Assembly: GCA_965224485.1 (NCBI GenBank)
Contig: CBDCZH010000015.1
Location: 512,001-576,000, forward strand
Origin: Arcobacteraceae bacterium
GTDB lineage: Bacteria > Campylobacterota > Campylobacteria > Campylobacterales > Arcobacteraceae
Length of the DNA: 64,000 nucleotides
Reading direction: 5' to 3'
Shown here: one piece after another, positions 1-9,835 of the stretch
Position numbering within the stretch: position 1 is the first letter of the stretch
Layout of the letters: every line of letters starts with the position of its first letter
Notes under the pieces: model-generated
What the model was told of the DNA's origin: nothing
Database searches by the model: none
The model's input: only the letters and a program-made list of their open reading frames with translations
Program-made: the position numbers and the translations under genes

Positions 1-2
1 TT

Positions 3-326
3 GTAAATGATATTCCTATTTCAGTTTCATACTCATACTTTGATGCATTTTTATATCAAAAATTAATGCAACATTTAGATGAAGAAGATTTTTCATTATA
101 TAAAAGTTTACAAGAAGCCTACCCTAAGTTAATAATTACAAAACAATCTACTATTTTTGAAGCCTTAAGTACTACTAGTGAATTTAGTGAACTTTTATTA
201 ATGCCAAAAAACTCACCTCTTTTATCAGTTTGTACAATTTCAAAAGATCAAGATGGCAATTATGTCGAATATGGAACATCATATTTTAGAGCAGATACTT
301 GCAAAATAAAAATAGATTTAGTATAG
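3..326 (+). CDS. phnF: GntR-family (UTRA domain) regulator PhnF, 5'-truncated by the window edge
   Basis: Frame is open from position 3 (VNDIPISVSYSYF...SLY..L...Y.EYG.SYFRAD), a UTRA-like C-terminus, directly upstream of phnC. Confidence 0.75.
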   Translation, partial: VNDIPISVSYSYFDAFLYQKLMQHLDEEDFSLYKSLQEAYPKLIITKQSTIFEALSTTSEFSELLLMPKNSPLLSVCTISKDQDGNYVEYGTSYFRADTCKIKIDLV

Positions 327-334
327 GAGAAAAC

Positions 335-1069
335 ATGGTAAAAATGAAAAACTTAACTCTTGGATATAAAAAAGAGATAATTTTAAAAGATATAGATTTA
401 AAAATTAAAAAAGGTGAATTTGTTGGAATTATTGGTCCAAGTGGAGCTGGTAAGTCAACACTTTTAATGAGCATAACTGGTGGAATAAAAGTTTTTAATG
501 GCAAGTTTGAGGTATTAGATTTTGATTTAAAAAATATTAAGAAAAAAAACTTAATTAAATTAAGAGAACAAGTTGGTGTAATTTTTCAAGCTTATAATTT
601 AGTTGATAGATTAAGTGTTTTAGACAATGTAATTAGCGGAATGTTAAAAGATATTCCACTAACACGTGCAATTATTAAATTATATGTAAAAAAGGAGATC
701 AAAAAAGCAAAAGAATTTATGGACATAGTTGAGATTACAAAACATTCTGGAAAAAGATGTGATGAGTTATCAGGTGGTCAAAGGCAAAGAGTTGCAATTG
801 CAAGAGCTTTAGCGGCTGAACCTAAAATTATTTTAGCAGATGAACCAGTATCCGCACTTGACCCTAAAAGTGCTAGAAAAGTAATGGGTATTTTAAAAAA
901 AGTAAACGAGGTTTATGGAGTAACAGTTGTAACAAACTTACACCATTTGGAGTATGCACAAGAGTATTGCGAACGAATCATTGGAATCAATGACGGCGTA
1001 ATAGTTTTTGATGATAAAAGTGAGAATTTAACAGAAGCTATACTTGAAAAAATTTACGCTTCAAAATAA
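335..1069 (+). CDS. phnC: Phosphonate ABC transporter ATP-binding protein
   Basis: Walker A GPSGAGKST, LSGGQRQRVAIARAL, DEPVSALDP and NLH motifs; ATG at 335 follows AGGAG. Confidence 0.93.
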   Translation: MVKMKNLTLGYKKEIILKDIDLKIKKGEFVGIIGPSGAGKSTLLMSITGGIKVFNGKFEVLDFDLKNIKKKNLIKLREQVGVIFQAYNLVDRLSVLDNVISGMLKDIPLTRAIIKLYVKKEIKKAKEFMDIVEITKHSGKRCDELSGGQRQRVAIARALAAEPKIILADEPVSALDPKSARKVMGILKKVNEVYGVTVVTNLHHLEYAQEYCERIIGINDGVIVFDDKSENLTEAILEKIYASK

Positions 1070-1087
1070 AAAAATTAAGGAAAATTA

Positions 1088-1954
1088 ATGAATTTAGTTA
1101 AAAAATCAATACTAACTTGTTTAGTATCAGCTCTTGGAGTAACATCACTACAAGCACAAGAAAAATGGCCAGATCAGGTTATCTTTGGAGTAATTCCAGT
1201 TGCTGGTTCAACGTCTATGAAAGAAAACTTTGGTCCTTTAACTTCATACTTAGAGAAACAACTTGGCATTAAAGTTAAGCTTCAATTATCAGGTGATTAT
1301 ACAGCTGTAATAACAGGTATGCAGTACAAAAAAATTGATATAGCATACTTAGGACCAAAATCTTATGTTGAAGCAGCAAAAAGAGCAAAAGCAGAAGCTT
1401 TAGTTGTTGAAGTCGATGCTGAATCTGGTTTACCTGGATATAGAGGAACTATTATTACAAAAAAAGGTTCTGGACTTAAAACTTTAGCTGATTTAAAAGG
1501 TAAAAGATGGGCATTTACTTCATCTCAATCTACATCAGGAACACTAGTTCCAACTGTTATGTTTGCAAAAGCTGGAATTAAACCAACAAAATATTTCTCA
1601 AAAGTTTTATACTCAGGTGGACATGAAGCTTCTATTTTATCAGTTAAAGCTGGAAGAATTGATGCCGCATCTACTAATAACTTAGATTTTAATAGAGGTT
1701 TAGGGAAACAATGGAAAAGAGATGATTTTAATGTTATTTGGACTTCTTCTTTAATTCCAGGAGCTCCAGTTGCTGTTAGATCTGAATTACCAAACTCACT
1801 TAAAATGGCTATTAAGGGAGCTTTTTTATCATTTAATGACAAAGAAGGTATGGAAAGATTAAAAAATAAAGGTTTTATTAACGGAGATGATTCTGTATAC
1901 GATTCAGTAAGAGAATTAATCAAATTAAAAAAACAATTAAAAAAGAAAAAATAA
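1088..1954 (+). CDS. phnD: Phosphonate ABC transporter substrate-binding protein
   Basis: Signal peptide; STSG and GGHEAS motifs typical of PhnD. Confidence 0.93.
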   Translation: MNLVKKSILTCLVSALGVTSLQAQEKWPDQVIFGVIPVAGSTSMKENFGPLTSYLEKQLGIKVKLQLSGDYTAVITGMQYKKIDIAYLGPKSYVEAAKRAKAEALVVEVDAESGLPGYRGTIITKKGSGLKTLADLKGKRWAFTSSQSTSGTLVPTVMFAKAGIKPTKYFSKVLYSGGHEASILSVKAGRIDAASTNNLDFNRGLGKQWKRDDFNVIWTSSLIPGAPVAVRSELPNSLKMAIKGAFLSFNDKEGMERLKNKGFINGDDSVYDSVRELIKLKKQLKKKK

Positions 1955-1975
1955 TAAACCTTCGGGTTTATTATT
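1950..1975 (+). terminator. Intercistronic hairpin AATAATAAACC-TTCG-GGTTTATTATT after phnD
   Basis: Perfect 11-bp stem with a C(UUCG)G tetraloop. Confidence 0.7.
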
Positions 1976-1988
1976 CTTAGGATAAAAA

Positions 1989-2846
1989 ATGAATATAGAG
2001 CAAATAAAAAAAGAAGCTAGTCCATTCTCCTTTCTTAAATCTACTATTATTGTTATTTTTATACTTGTATTTATACAAAGTTGGAATGATACAGAAATGG
2101 ATGCCAGAGCACTAATTGATGGTGGAACGTACATGATGGATTATTTAAATGGAAATGAAGAAATAGAAGGAAGTGGTTTTTTCCCTCCTAATTTAAATAC
2201 TGATGATTTAAGCACATATGCTTTATCGATGTTAGAAACAATACAAATGGCAATTATTGCTCTTGTGCTATCTATAATAGTGGCAGTTCCATTATCATAT
2301 ATGAGTTCAAAAAATATTTTAGATATTTTAATTCCAGGGAAAAGTACTTTTCATGGATTTGTTAAACAAGTGATATATGCAAGTGCTACTTTTGTTGCAA
2401 ATGTTTTTAGATCAATAAATGAAATTATTTGGGCATTAATTTTTGTATCTGCTGTTGGATTAGGACCAATGGCTGGAATTTTAGCCTTAGGTGTTCATAC
2501 AGCTGGAGTATTATCAAAACTTTTAAGTGAAGGAAATGAAGCTATTGATAAAGGACCTGTTGACGCATTAGCTACAACTGGAGCTGGATTTATTAAAGTT
2601 TTAGTTTTTGCAGTTATTCCACAAACCATGCCACATTTTGTTTCAATGTGTTTATATAGATTCGAATCAGACGTAAGATCAGCCTCAATTTTAGGTTTTG
2701 TTGGAGCTGGAGGAATTGGTTTTTACTTATTTGACAAAATGAGATCTTTTGAAAACTCTGATGTATGTAGCATTATTATTATAATAGTTCTTACTGTTTG
2801 GACTTTAGACAAGTTAAGTGCGGTAATTAGAAGAAGGTTTATATAA
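1989..2846 (+). CDS. phnE: Phosphonate ABC transporter permease
   Basis: TM helices; VGLGPMAGILALG and YRFESDVRSASILGFVGAGGIG motifs. Confidence 0.93.
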   Translation: MNIEQIKKEASPFSFLKSTIIVIFILVFIQSWNDTEMDARALIDGGTYMMDYLNGNEEIEGSGFFPPNLNTDDLSTYALSMLETIQMAIIALVLSIIVAVPLSYMSSKNILDILIPGKSTFHGFVKQVIYASATFVANVFRSINEIIWALIFVSAVGLGPMAGILALGVHTAGVLSKLLSEGNEAIDKGPVDALATTGAGFIKVLVFAVIPQTMPHFVSMCLYRFESDVRSASILGFVGAGGIGFYLFDKMRSFENSDVCSIIIIIVLTVWTLDKLSAVIRRRFI

Positions 2847-3260
2847 ATGGAAAGAGAAGAAATAAATAACATAGCCCAAGAAGTAGACATCTTAATATTA
2901 AAAGAATTATATAAAAAAATTAAAAAAAACCATATAGTTAATATTTTGACAAAAGCAAGTGAACAAACACTTTTAGTTCCTGTAAAAGACCCTATTTCAA
3001 ATGGTAGTTTTTATGCAGGAGAAGTATTAGTAACTTCAAGTATCGTAGAAGTTGATAATACAAAAGGTTGGTCTATGGTTATGGATTCAAATGAAGATTT
3101 ATCTTTATATATAGCAGTTATAGATGCAGCTTTTGAGGCAAATATTTTTAAAGATGAAATAATTACTTTATTAAAGAAAACAAAGAAACAAAAAGAAGAA
3201 TCAGCAAAAAAAGAGAATCAAAGAGTTAACTCAACAAGAGTATCTTTTGATTTAATGTAA
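2847..3260 (+). CDS. phnG: C-P lyase subunit PhnG
   Basis: FYAGEVLVT motif, C-terminal TRVSFDLM, operon position. Confidence 0.85.
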   Translation: MEREEINNIAQEVDILILKELYKKIKKNHIVNILTKASEQTLLVPVKDPISNGSFYAGEVLVTSSIVEVDNTKGWSMVMDSNEDLSLYIAVIDAAFEANIFKDEIITLLKKTKKQKEESAKKENQRVNSTRVSFDLM

Positions 3261-3268
3261 GGATAAGA

Positions 3269-3805
3269 ATGAAAAACCTTGATATTGAAAAACTTAATAG
3301 AGATAATTTTAGAGCAATGATGGATGTTTTATCTATGCCTGGAACCCTGCAGAATATTAAACCTTTATTTAACTCAAATTTACTAGCACTTGCAAATACT
3401 CTTTTATATTCACAAGTTACCTTCTTTTATGATGGAAAAGAAAAATTTGATTTAATTCAAGCTATAAATAATTGTGAAAATAAAAGTTTAGAAGAAGCAG
3501 ATTATATTTTTTTTGATGAAACAAATGATTATGCTTTAAATAAAGCAAAAATCGGAATTCCTAAAGACCCAGAATTATCAGGAACATTGATTTTTAAATG
3601 CAAAAACTTCAGACAAATAGAAGTTAGATTAAGTGGACCTGGAATTAATGGAAGTAAAAAAGTGTTTTTACCAATTACTAGAGCTTTTGTAAACTTCTTT
3701 AACGAAAAGAATTCTTCTTATCCCTTAGGAAATGAAGTTTTCTTTTTAAGTGATAAAGGCGAAATCATTGCACTTTCAAGAACAACAAAACTGGAGATTT
3801 TATAA
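3269..3805 (+). CDS. phnH: C-P lyase subunit PhnH
   Basis: FR.MMDVLSMPG, LSGPGI, YPLG and LSRTT motifs. Confidence 0.88.
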   Translation: MKNLDIEKLNRDNFRAMMDVLSMPGTLQNIKPLFNSNLLALANTLLYSQVTFFYDGKEKFDLIQAINNCENKSLEEADYIFFDETNDYALNKAKIGIPKDPELSGTLIFKCKNFRQIEVRLSGPGINGSKKVFLPITRAFVNFFNEKNSSYPLGNEVFFLSDKGEIIALSRTTKLEIL

Positions 3806-4929
3806 TGGCATATTATGCAATAAAAGGTGGAGAAGAAGCTATAAATAACTCTTTAGATTTTTATAATGAGCAAACTTCAAAAGCACAAGACATAGATGAA
3901 CAAAGTTTAATACAAGGTTTAACATTTAGCATTGATAAAGTTATCTCAGAAGGGTCATTATATTCTAAAAAACTAGCAGCAAAAGCTATTAAAAGATCAG
4001 CAGGAGATTTATTAAATGCTTCATTTTTTCTAAGAGCACATAGATCAACTTGCCAAAGATTAGGAGAATGTAAAGTTTTAGATGTAAATGAAATGCGCTT
4101 AAGTAGAAGAATTTCTTCTGCTTTTAAAGATATAGAAGGAGGTCAATTATTAGGACCTTCAAATGATTATGAAATAAAATTATTATTAGATTTAAAAAAA
4201 GAAAAAACTAATATAAAAGAGTATTCAACACATAATAATATTATTAAATCAGCACTAAGCCCGCTAAGAGATGCTTCTTTAATTAAAAAATTAAAAAAAG
4301 ATGATAAACCTTGGGATATAACACGTTCTTATCCAAGTGCTCCTTATCCTAGATCTGCTGTTTTACAAGTAATGAGTAGAGGTGAGAGTGGATCTTTATT
4401 AGCTGTTGGATATACAACAATGAGAGGTTATGGAGATGTTCATCCTACTATTGGTGATTTAAGAATTGGGGAACTTGATATTATATTTACTCATCCTTTT
4501 TCCAAAAAAGAAGTAAAAATAGGCTCTATTGAAGCAACTGCTGTTGAGTGTGCTGGAACATTTAATCAAGATAAAGATGGTGATACAAAGTTAACAACTG
4601 GTTTTGGTTTTTGTTTTGGGAAAAATGAAACAAAAGCTATATCTATGTCTATTATTGATTTAAGTTTATACAATAAAGCTTACTCTCTTGGAGGTGAAAA
4701 TATCATTGCAGCTGATTTTGAAATGATTATGCATCACTTAGATGGTATTGAATCTTTTGGAATGACAAATCATTTTAAACTACCTCATTATGTAACTTTT
4801 CAAACAGATTTTCAAATTTTTAACTGCGCAAAAGAATATGCCTTAGAAAAAGAAAAAGAAGAAAAGAAACAAAGAAAAAAAAGATTAGAACAAGCAAAAG
4901 ATAAAAAATTAAAAAAGGATAAAAAGTGA
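3805..4929 (+). CDS. phnI: C-P lyase subunit PhnI (alpha-D-ribose 1-methylphosphonate 5-triphosphate synthase)
   Basis: IKGGEEAI, RRISSAFKDIEGGQLLGP and HFKLPHYVTFQ motifs. Confidence 0.95.
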   Translation: MAYYAIKGGEEAINNSLDFYNEQTSKAQDIDEQSLIQGLTFSIDKVISEGSLYSKKLAAKAIKRSAGDLLNASFFLRAHRSTCQRLGECKVLDVNEMRLSRRISSAFKDIEGGQLLGPSNDYEIKLLLDLKKEKTNIKEYSTHNNIIKSALSPLRDASLIKKLKKDDKPWDITRSYPSAPYPRSAVLQVMSRGESGSLLAVGYTTMRGYGDVHPTIGDLRIGELDIIFTHPFSKKEVKIGSIEATAVECAGTFNQDKDGDTKLTTGFGFCFGKNETKAISMSIIDLSLYNKAYSLGGENIIAADFEMIMHHLDGIESFGMTNHFKLPHYVTFQTDFQIFNCAKEYALEKEKEEKKQRKKRLEQAKDKKLKKDKK

Positions 4930-5747
4930 GATATGCATTTTTAGATGAAGAAGCTAAAAAAGAAATTAGAAGATCTTTACTAAAAGCTATTGCTATTCCT
5001 GGATATATTGTATCTTTTGCTTCAAGAGAACTTCCAATTGCGAGGGGTTGGGGTACTGGAGGTTTACAAATTACACTTGCTATTATAAATGAAGAAGATA
5101 CATTAAAAGTAATTGACCAAGGTTGTGATGGAAGTGTAAATGCTGTGAATATTAGAAACTTTATAAAAAGTGTTACAGAGGTAAATATTACTACAAATAC
5201 AAAAGAAGCTAGTATTATTCAAACAAGACATAGAGTTCCAGAAATATCCTTAGAAGAAAAACAAATTTTAGTATATCAAGTTCCAATTCCAGATATTTTA
5301 GAAACTGTTGAGCCAAATTTAAATCAACAAAAAGTTCTACATGCAAATGCTGATTATTCTAAACTTTGGGTTTTATTATATGAAGACACTTCTATGTTTG
5401 GTGATTCTAGAATATCAAATAGATACCCAGTTATGGTTAATAATAGGTATGCAATGGACCCAAGCCCAATTCCAAAATATGACACTTTAAAATTAAATAA
5501 TTGTAAAGCTTTACAACTTTTTGGAGCAGGAAGAGAAAAAAAGATTTATGCAATTCCACCTTATACAAAAGTAGTACCTTTAAAATTTGATGATAAAGAG
5601 TTTAAAGTTGAAAACTTTGATAATAAAGTTTGTAAAAGATGTAATTCTTCTAGCTCTTTTTTAGATGAAATTTATGATGATGAAGGTTTATCTTCTTATT
5701 ATTGTAATGATACAGATTATTGTGATAAACAAAAAGAGAGTAAATAA
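4926..5747 (+). CDS. phnJ: C-P lyase PhnJ (radical SAM)
   Basis: AIPGY (catalytic Gly), GWGTGGLQ, IQTRHRVPE, GAGREK and CxxC-x21-C-x5-C; GTG start. Confidence 0.96.
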   Translation: MRYAFLDEEAKKEIRRSLLKAIAIPGYIVSFASRELPIARGWGTGGLQITLAIINEEDTLKVIDQGCDGSVNAVNIRNFIKSVTEVNITTNTKEASIIQTRHRVPEISLEEKQILVYQVPIPDILETVEPNLNQQKVLHANADYSKLWVLLYEDTSMFGDSRISNRYPVMVNNRYAMDPSPIPKYDTLKLNNCKALQLFGAGREKKIYAIPPYTKVVPLKFDDKEFKVENFDNKVCKRCNSSSSFLDEIYDDEGLSSYYCNDTDYCDKQKESK

Positions 5748-6583
5748 TGATATTAGATATTAAAAATATTTCAAAAGTTTTTGGAAAGTTTTGTTCTCAG
5801 TGCTTAGAAAATACGGGTGCATCTTTCAACAGTTCAATTTGCCCAAATTGTAAAAGTATAATAGCTGTTAATAATGTTAACTTATGCTTACATAAGGGAG
5901 AAGTATTAGGAATAGTAGGTGAAAGTGGTAGTGGAAAATCAACTCTATTACAATTGATTTACCAAGACCAAAAACCTTCAAGAGGCGAAATATTTATAAA
6001 ACAATTTGTAGGAAAAGACGGAAAGAAAAAAAATATTATGGATGCTTCTTTAAATGAGTTATCTCATCTTAGAAATTCTTTAATGTCAATGATTTACCAA
6101 AATCCAAGATTAGGTTTAAATTATAACTTTTCAGCTGGTGGGAATATTGCACAAAGAGTTATTATGAGTGGAAATAAAAACTATAAACAAATAAGAAACA
6201 AAGCCTTATTTTTTTTAGATAAAACTGAAATACCAACTTCTAGAATTGATGATTATCCTGAATATTTTTCAGGAGGACAGCAGCAAAGAATTCAAATTTC
6301 AAAAGCCTTATCCTCAAATCCTAAAATCTTACTTTTAGATGAACCAACAACAGGGCTTGATTTATCTGTACAGGCAAAAATACTTGATTTGATAAAAGAA
6401 TTGCAAGATAAAATTGGTTTTGCAATGCTTGTTGTTTCACATGATTTAGGAGTGATTAAACATCTAACAGATATTACAGTTGTTATGAAAAATGGACAAA
6501 TAGTTGAAAAAGGTTTAACAGATCAGATTTTAGAAGATCCCCAACATCCTTATACACAATTACTTGTATCTTCAGTACTTTAA
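5747..6583 (+). CDS. phnK: C-P lyase ABC-type ATPase PhnK
   Basis: GESGSGKST, FSGGQQQR and GLTDQILEDPQHPYTQLLVSSVL. Confidence 0.93.
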   Translation: MILDIKNISKVFGKFCSQCLENTGASFNSSICPNCKSIIAVNNVNLCLHKGEVLGIVGESGSGKSTLLQLIYQDQKPSRGEIFIKQFVGKDGKKKNIMDASLNELSHLRNSLMSMIYQNPRLGLNYNFSAGGNIAQRVIMSGNKNYKQIRNKALFFLDKTEIPTSRIDDYPEYFSGGQQQRIQISKALSSNPKILLLDEPTTGLDLSVQAKILDLIKELQDKIGFAMLVVSHDLGVIKHLTDITVVMKNGQIVEKGLTDQILEDPQHPYTQLLVSSVL

Positions 6584-6593
6584 GGTTACAAAA

Positions 6594-7283
6594 ATGATTA
6601 AATTAGAAGTGAAAAATTTAAATAAAGTATTTACAATACATACCCAAGGAAGTATTGAAGTAAGCGGATTTAAAGATATTAATTTATCTGTAAAAAAAGG
6701 TGAGTTTTTATCTTTATTTGGTCCAAGTGGTACAGGGAAGTCTTCAATTCTAAAAACTTTATATAGAACATATACTACAAGTTCTGGAAATATAATATTT
6801 TATAAAGAGGATGGAAGTAAAATAGATATAGCAAAAGCTAGTGAAAGTGAAATATTAAAACTTAGACAAAATGATATTTCTTATGTTTCCCAGTTCTTAC
6901 AAATCCTTCCAAGAATATCAGCTGTTAATGTAGTTGCTAGACAGTTAATAGAAAAAGGTGAAAGTGAAAAAAAATCGCAAGAAAGTGCAAAAGAATTATT
7001 AGCATACTTATCTATAAAAGAAGAACTTTTTGACCTCTCCCCTTTAACTTTTTCAGGAGGAGAGCAACAAAGAGTTAACATAGCAAAAGGAATTATAGCT
7101 CCTAAATCTCTACTTTTATTAGATGAACCAACAGCTTCCTTAGATAAAACAAATACTATGAAAGTTGTTTCTAAACTAAAAGAAATAAAGAAACAAGGTA
7201 TTACTATGATTGGAATTTTTCATGATCTTGATGCAATGAACAGTATTAGTGACAATATATATAAATTAGAAAGAGTAAAATAA
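6594..7283 (+). CDS. phnL: C-P lyase ATPase PhnL
   Basis: F.IH.Q, YVSQFL, FSGGEQQRVNIA, DEPTASLD and GIFHD; ATG at 6594. Confidence 0.93.
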   Translation: MIKLEVKNLNKVFTIHTQGSIEVSGFKDINLSVKKGEFLSLFGPSGTGKSSILKTLYRTYTTSSGNIIFYKEDGSKIDIAKASESEILKLRQNDISYVSQFLQILPRISAVNVVARQLIEKGESEKKSQESAKELLAYLSIKEELFDLSPLTFSGGEQQRVNIAKGIIAPKSLLLLDEPTASLDKTNTMKVVSKLKEIKKQGITMIGIFHDLDAMNSISDNIYKLERVK

Positions 7284-8422
7284 TGCAAACAATTTTAAGA
7301 AGTACAAATGTTTTAATAAATGAAGAGTTTATAAAAGCTGATGTCGTAATACAAGGCGAGTTTATAAAAAGAATTGATGAGTATGGTAAAAATCCTGTTG
7401 CACTTGATTTAAAAGATTTAAAAATTGCACCAGGAATTGTTGATTTACATTCAGATGCAATTGAAAAAGAAATAGAACCAAGACCTGGAGCTTCTTTTCC
7501 TATAGCTTTAGCTGTAAGTGAACTAGATAAAAAATTATCAATGAGTGGAATTACAACAATGTTTCATGCTATTGGGTTTGAAGAAAATCCAAAAAAGAAA
7601 AGAAGTATAGCTTTAGCAAAAGAACAAATAGAAGAGATTTTTAAGGCAAATAAAGAACACTTAGGAGTTGATAATTTTATTCATGCTCGTTTTGAATTAA
7701 GTGCAGAAGATGCAGTTGAACCTATAAAAGAAGTAATAAAAAAAGGCATGGTTAAAATGCTTTCTTTAATGGATCATAGTCCTGGACAGGGACAATTCAA
7801 ATCCCTAGAATCATTTAAAAGTTTTTATAAAAATTATTATGGTTTAAATGAAGAAGAATTAAAAGAAGTAATTGAAAAAAAACTTAGTAAAAATGAAGAT
7901 AAGATTAATGACTTAATTCAATGTGCAAAAGATAATAACTTAACTCTTTTAAGTCATGATGATGATTGTATAGAAAAGCTTGATGGTCTTTTAGCCCTTG
8001 GTATTAAAATATCAGAATTTCCACTTGATTTAGATGTTGCTAAATATGCAGTATCAAAAGGAATTGCTACAGGAATGGGCGCTCCTAATATTGTAAGAGG
8101 TGGTTCTCAAAGTGGAAATATTTCAGCAATAGATTTAGTAAAAGAAAATGTTTGCAAATATTTATGTTCAGATTATCACCCAAGTTCTATGTTACAAGCA
8201 ATTTATAGAATGGAAAAAGATGCAAATTTACCTTTAGCCAAGGGATTTTCAATGATTTCTAAAACACCTGCTTTTTATGCAAAACTTCAGGATAGAGGTG
8301 AGATTAAAGCGAATAAAAGAGCAGATATAATTGTAATTGATGATTCTCATTTACCTAAAGTTGTATTAACAATAAAAGATGGTGAGTCTGTTTTTAATGG
8401 AATAAAAGGTTTTAAATTATAA
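7283..8422 (+). CDS. phnM: alpha-D-ribose 1-methylphosphonate 5-triphosphate diphosphatase
   Basis: DLHSD.IEK..EPRP, MDHSPGQGQF, SHDD, GAPNIVRGGS and SDY.P. Confidence 0.95.
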   Translation: MQTILRSTNVLINEEFIKADVVIQGEFIKRIDEYGKNPVALDLKDLKIAPGIVDLHSDAIEKEIEPRPGASFPIALAVSELDKKLSMSGITTMFHAIGFEENPKKKRSIALAKEQIEEIFKANKEHLGVDNFIHARFELSAEDAVEPIKEVIKKGMVKMLSLMDHSPGQGQFKSLESFKSFYKNYYGLNEEELKEVIEKKLSKNEDKINDLIQCAKDNNLTLLSHDDDCIEKLDGLLALGIKISEFPLDLDVAKYAVSKGIATGMGAPNIVRGGSQSGNISAIDLVKENVCKYLCSDYHPSSMLQAIYRMEKDANLPLAKGFSMISKTPAFYAKLQDRGEIKANKRADIIVIDDSHLPKVVLTIKDGESVFNGIKGFKL

Positions 8423-8439
8423 AATAAGAAGGATAAAAT

Positions 8440-8520
8440 ATGGTAACAATTTATAGAAGTATTTTAGGTTTAGTGGCACAGTATAATCAAAGAAAAGACG
8501 AATTCCAATATAGGAAATAA
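8440..8520 (+). CDS. Putative 26-aa small protein MVTIYRSILGLVAQYNQRKDEFQYRK
   Basis: AAGGA SD upstream of the ATG; fills the phnM-phnN gap with short spacers. Confidence 0.5.
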   Translation: MVTIYRSILGLVAQYNQRKDEFQYRK

Positions 8521-8529
8521 ATAAAACAA

Positions 8530-9057
8530 ATGAAAATAATATTAATTGTAGGACCAAGTGGTGTAGGAAAAGATAGCTTATTAAAAAAAGCTAAACAAGA
8601 GTTAGGAGATGAATTCTTCAAAGAGTATAACTTCATAAAAAGATATATTACAAGACAGCCAGATAAAAATGAGAAGAACTTTTATCTGGAAGAAGAAGCC
8701 CTAGAAGTTTTAAAAAAGAATGATTTTTTTATCTCTTCTTGGAGCTCTCATAATAATACTTATGCAATAGCAAAAAATTCTCTAAAAAAAGGGAAAAATA
8801 TAATTTCAATTTCAAGAGGCAAGATAAAAGATTTTGAAGATTTTAGTGAAAAAGTTTTTACTATAAATATTTCGGTGAGTAAGACAGAGTTAAAAAAGAG
8901 ATTAGAAAAAAGAGGACGAGAAGATAAAGATGAAATTCAAGAACGTCTAAATAGAGTCTATAAAACTATTGAGGCAAATAATTTGATAGATTTTGATAAT
9001 TCAAAAGACATAAAAAGTTCAAGTAAAGAGTTTATTTCTTTATTAAAATCATTATGA
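8530..9057 (+). CDS. phnN: Ribose 1,5-bisphosphate phosphokinase
   Basis: VGPSGVGKDSL, RYITR, W.SH...Y and RL..RGRE. Confidence 0.9.
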   Translation: MKIILIVGPSGVGKDSLLKKAKQELGDEFFKEYNFIKRYITRQPDKNEKNFYLEEEALEVLKKNDFFISSWSSHNNTYAIAKNSLKKGKNIISISRGKIKDFEDFSEKVFTINISVSKTELKKRLEKRGREDKDEIQERLNRVYKTIEANNLIDFDNSKDIKSSSKEFISLLKSL

Positions 9058-9791
9058 AATTAAGTTTTTTAGGAAGTGCCAATAGTGCTGGAATCCCTGT
9101 TCACAATTGTACTTGTGAGGCTTGTTCTCTTTATAAAAAAAACAAAGAGCTAAATCTAGCAACTTGTGCTTACCTTAGTATAGATGAAGAGATTATTTTA
9201 TTAGATGCAGGTCATGATAATATTTCAGATATTTTTAATGAAAAAAAAATACTTGCAGTTTTTTTAACACACTTTCATGCTGATCATTGTTTAGGTTTAT
9301 TAAGATTAAGACATTCTAAAAATAAAATATTATGTTATCACCCAAAAGATAAAGATGGTTTTTCTGATTTATTTAAGCATAAGCATAATATTGAATATTC
9401 TGAACTTAATAATAAAGAATCAGTACTCATAAAAAATATAAACTTCACGGCTTTAAACTTAGAACACTCAAAAAATACAAATGGTTATTTAATTCAAACT
9501 AAAAATATAAAAATAGCCTATTTAACAGACTGTTATACTATAAAAAAAGATTTGATACAGTTCTTAAAAGAAAAAAGTTTAGATTATGTTTTCATAGATG
9601 CTTGTTATGATGAAAGAACAAAAAAAGGAAATCATCTAAATTATCTTCAAGCAAGCGATATTTTAGATGAAATAAAAGCGAAACAATCCTATTTAATGCA
9701 TATATCTCATACTACTTTAGAATATATACTAAAAAACAATATTAAATTAAAATATAACTATCTAAAAAATAATCAAGAATTTATTTTTTAA
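9054..9791 (+). CDS. phnP: Phosphoribosyl 1,2-cyclic phosphate phosphodiesterase (MBL fold)
   Basis: P.HNCTCEAC, THFHADH, HSK.T.GY and YLTD. Confidence 0.9.
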   Translation: MKLSFLGSANSAGIPVHNCTCEACSLYKKNKELNLATCAYLSIDEEIILLDAGHDNISDIFNEKKILAVFLTHFHADHCLGLLRLRHSKNKILCYHPKDKDGFSDLFKHKHNIEYSELNNKESVLIKNINFTALNLEHSKNTNGYLIQTKNIKIAYLTDCYTIKKDLIQFLKEKSLDYVFIDACYDERTKKGNHLNYLQASDILDEIKAKQSYLMHISHTTLEYILKNNIKLKYNYLKNNQEFIF

Positions 9792-9835
9792 TTTTATTTA
9801 TTTAAAATATCACATTCAAGTATTAGGAAATATTC

